Positions 61,347 to 64,000 of a stretch of 64,000 bases of DNA are shown in pieces (the first letter of the stretch is position 1; each line of letters begins with the position of its first letter). The stretch lies in the NCBI RefSeq assembly GCF_009914755.1, contig NC_060925.1; one strand, given 5' to 3'. Under the pieces are notes generated by a model that worked only from the letters and a program-made list of their open reading frames with translations, was not told where the DNA came from and searched no databases. This DNA is from the human T2T-CHM13v2.0 reference genome, Homo sapiens. The position numbers and the translations under genes are program-made.

Positions 61347-64000
61347 GGGAGTGACATCAGCTAGATGGCAGAATAGGAAGCCCCAGACATTCTGCCCCAC
61401 AGAAACACTGACTTAACAACAATACACAGTCCAAAAAAGCCTTTATGAGAACTCTAGAAACCAGTTAAGAAGTTACAGTACCCCAGGCAAGCTCAAAGTG
61501 AAAAGCCACCATATTGAAATGCATAAGAAAAATTGTTTCATGTCAACCATAAAAACCCTTCTCCCAACTGTCACAGTTCAGTGAGACTGAAGGAAAAAGT
61601 TCAACTTGCAGCTTCCCCCTTGGAAAGGAAAGAGAAGAGCATAGCATACATTCAGTGTTCCCACTTTTCAGTGGGCTGCAGAGGGACCGGTTTCTGTCTC
61701 ACCTGACAGAAACCAGAGTGCTGATGGGGAACCAGCATACTTTCAATGCCTGGGGGCCATGGAGAACAAAAGACAGTTCACTGGCTTTTTGCAACACCAG
61801 AGAACCTGAGTACCATAATCAGACACCAGAGGGAGCAAGAAATTACAAACCCTTGAAGGAAAAACAAACAAGACCCAGTAAACCTCTTTAATTAAGAAAG
61901 TACACATGCAAGCTCAGAGAATATATATCCCAAGGAAAGCCCCCAGAACCTCTAGCTGCTGAAGACTTTCCCTTGTGTAAAACTACTCTGTAAAGACTGG
62001 GAGAACTCCTTTGTTGTTGTTGTTGTTGTTGTTGTTTTTCAAATGCAGAAATCACTAAAAAAATAACAAAGCACACTTAAAAAAAAAAAACGAAAAACAA
62101 GGCAACATGGCTCAACTAAAGGAAGAAAATAGGCTGAGCACAGTGGTTCATACCTGTCATCCCAGTGCTTTGGGAGGCCGAAGCAGAAGGATAATTTGAG
62201 GCCAGGTGTTCCAGACCAACCTGGGCAAGATAGCAAGACCCCCATCTCTAAAAACAATTTTTTTTAATTAGCTGGGCATAGTGGTACACCTATAGTCCTA
62301 GCTACTCAGGAGGCTGAAGCAGGAGGATCACTTAGGCCCAGAAGTTGAGGTTACAATGAGCTATTATCACACCACTCCATTCCAGCCTGGGAAACAGGAT
62401 GAGACCCTGTCTCAAAAAAAAAGGAAGGGTGGTGTACATAATAAATCTTCAGAAACCAATTCTAAAGAAATGGAGATCTATTAATTATTTGACAAAGAAT
62501 TCAAAATCATTGTCTTTAAGAAGCTCAATGTGCTACAAGAGGACACAAATAGACAAACTAAATAAAATCAGGAAAATGATGCATGAACAAAATGACAATA
62601 TCAACAAAAAGTTAGAAACTATAATACAAGATCAAACAGAAATTCTAGAGCTGAAGACTATAATAACTGAATTTAAAATTTTACTGGAGGGGTTCAATAA
62701 CAGACTTAAGCAGAAAAAAGAATCAGTGAACTCAAAAACAGGTCATTTGAAATTATTAAGTCAGAGGAACAAATAGAAAAAAGAATGAACAAAAGTGAAT
62801 AAAGCCTAAGGAACTTAGAGGACCCCATAAAATAGACCAATATGTGTGTTATGAAAGTCTTAGAAGGAGAAAAGAGAAAAAAAGGAACAGAAAGCTTATT
62901 TGAAAAAAATAACGGCTGAAAACTTCCTAAATCTAAAGAAGAAAATCAAAATCCAAAGTAAAGAAGCTTAAAAGACTCCAACTACAATGACCCCAAAGAA
63001 GTCAATATTGAGACAAGAAAAAGTTAAAGACAAGGAAGGAAAGAATCTTGAAAGCAGCAAGGAAACATGACTCATCACCTACAAAAGAGTTCTCATAAGA
63101 TTATCAGCAGATTTCTCAGCATAAACATTACAAGCCCAGAGGCCAAAGAGGTGATATATTCAAAGTACTGAAAGGAAAAAGAAACCATGCCAACCAAGAA
63201 TCCTTTATCTAGCAAGATTGTCCTTCAAAATGAAGGAGAAATAAAGACCTTCCCAGGTAAACAAGGTGAGGGAGTTCATCGCCATTAGATCTGCCTTATG
63301 AAAATTATAATTAAAGGACACACCAGACAGCAACATGAAAGCATACAAAAATATATAACTCTCTAGTAAAAATAAATATATAGACAAATAGAATCTTGTA
63401 ATACTATAATAGTGATGCCTAAATCATTTTAATTCTAGTATAAAACTTAAAAGATGAAAGTATAAAAATATAAGTATAATGAATACAAAATTGTAAAAGG
63501 TGAAATTCGTGATATTGCTAATACAAAGTGTGTAGGGAGAAAGAAGGTGTAATAGCGTGAAGTTTTTATATGCAACTGAGGCTTATTATCAGTCTAAGAC
63601 ATATTATTATAATTATAAAATATTTTATGTAATCCCCATTGTAGCCACAAAGCAAATAACTATAGAAGATGCACCAAAGAATATAAGAAATCAAAGAATG
63701 TCACTACAAAAACAATCAACAAAACACAAAGGAATGTAGCAAGAGAGGAAAAAAGGAACAAAGTAACTATAAGGCACACAGAAAACAATAAGAAAATGGT
63801 AATAGTAAGTCCTCTATCAGTAATTACTTTCGATGTAAATGGATTAAACTCAGCAATCAAAAGACATAAAGTAGTTAAACTGACTTATAAAAACAAGATC
63901 TAACTATATGCTGTCTACAAGAGACTCGTTTTAGACATAAGGACATACATAAATGAAAAGTAAAAGAACAGACAAAGATATTCCATGCAATAGGCTAAAA
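61347..64000 (+). mobile_element. Old L1M 5' end, degenerate ORF1 and start of ORF2 (~63797); continues beyond the window
   Basis: gatggcagaatagga start; ORF1 remnants (ataagattatcagcagatttctcagc); EN start motif gtaaatggattaaactcagcaatcaaaagacat. Confidence 0.8.
62132..62422 (+). mobile_element. AluJ
   Basis: Diverged dimer with J diagnostics (ggaggatcactt, gagaccctgtctc). Confidence 0.9.

Overview
Human (or great-ape) genomic DNA lying entirely inside a large minus-strand gene. The only protein-coding host sequence is one 217-nt exon (36792-37008, minus strand) encoding most of a CUB domain. I recognise it as CSMD2 coding exon 2, so higher coordinates are intron 1 and lower coordinates are intron 2. 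The rest is intron packed with retroelements and DNA-transposon fossils: a full-length but nonsense-disabled L1PA2-like element, an SVA, a complete THE1 LTR-int-LTR element, several solo LTRs and Alus, old L1M/L2/MIR pieces, and a 3'-truncated 5S rRNA retrocopy. Tracing target-site duplications (TSDs) gave the most informative structure. Two neighbouring insertions, the SVA and an L1PA 3' fragment, each carry a 3' transduction of foreign DNA (about 0.9 kb and 0.6 kb). One site was hit three times in succession. The full-length L1's antisense promoter points at the CSMD2 exon 3.2 kb away. I see no evidence for a wholly new biological system: the findings are locus-specific instances of known mechanisms. 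Subfamily calls come from remembered consensus motifs and need RepeatMasker/Dfam confirmation.
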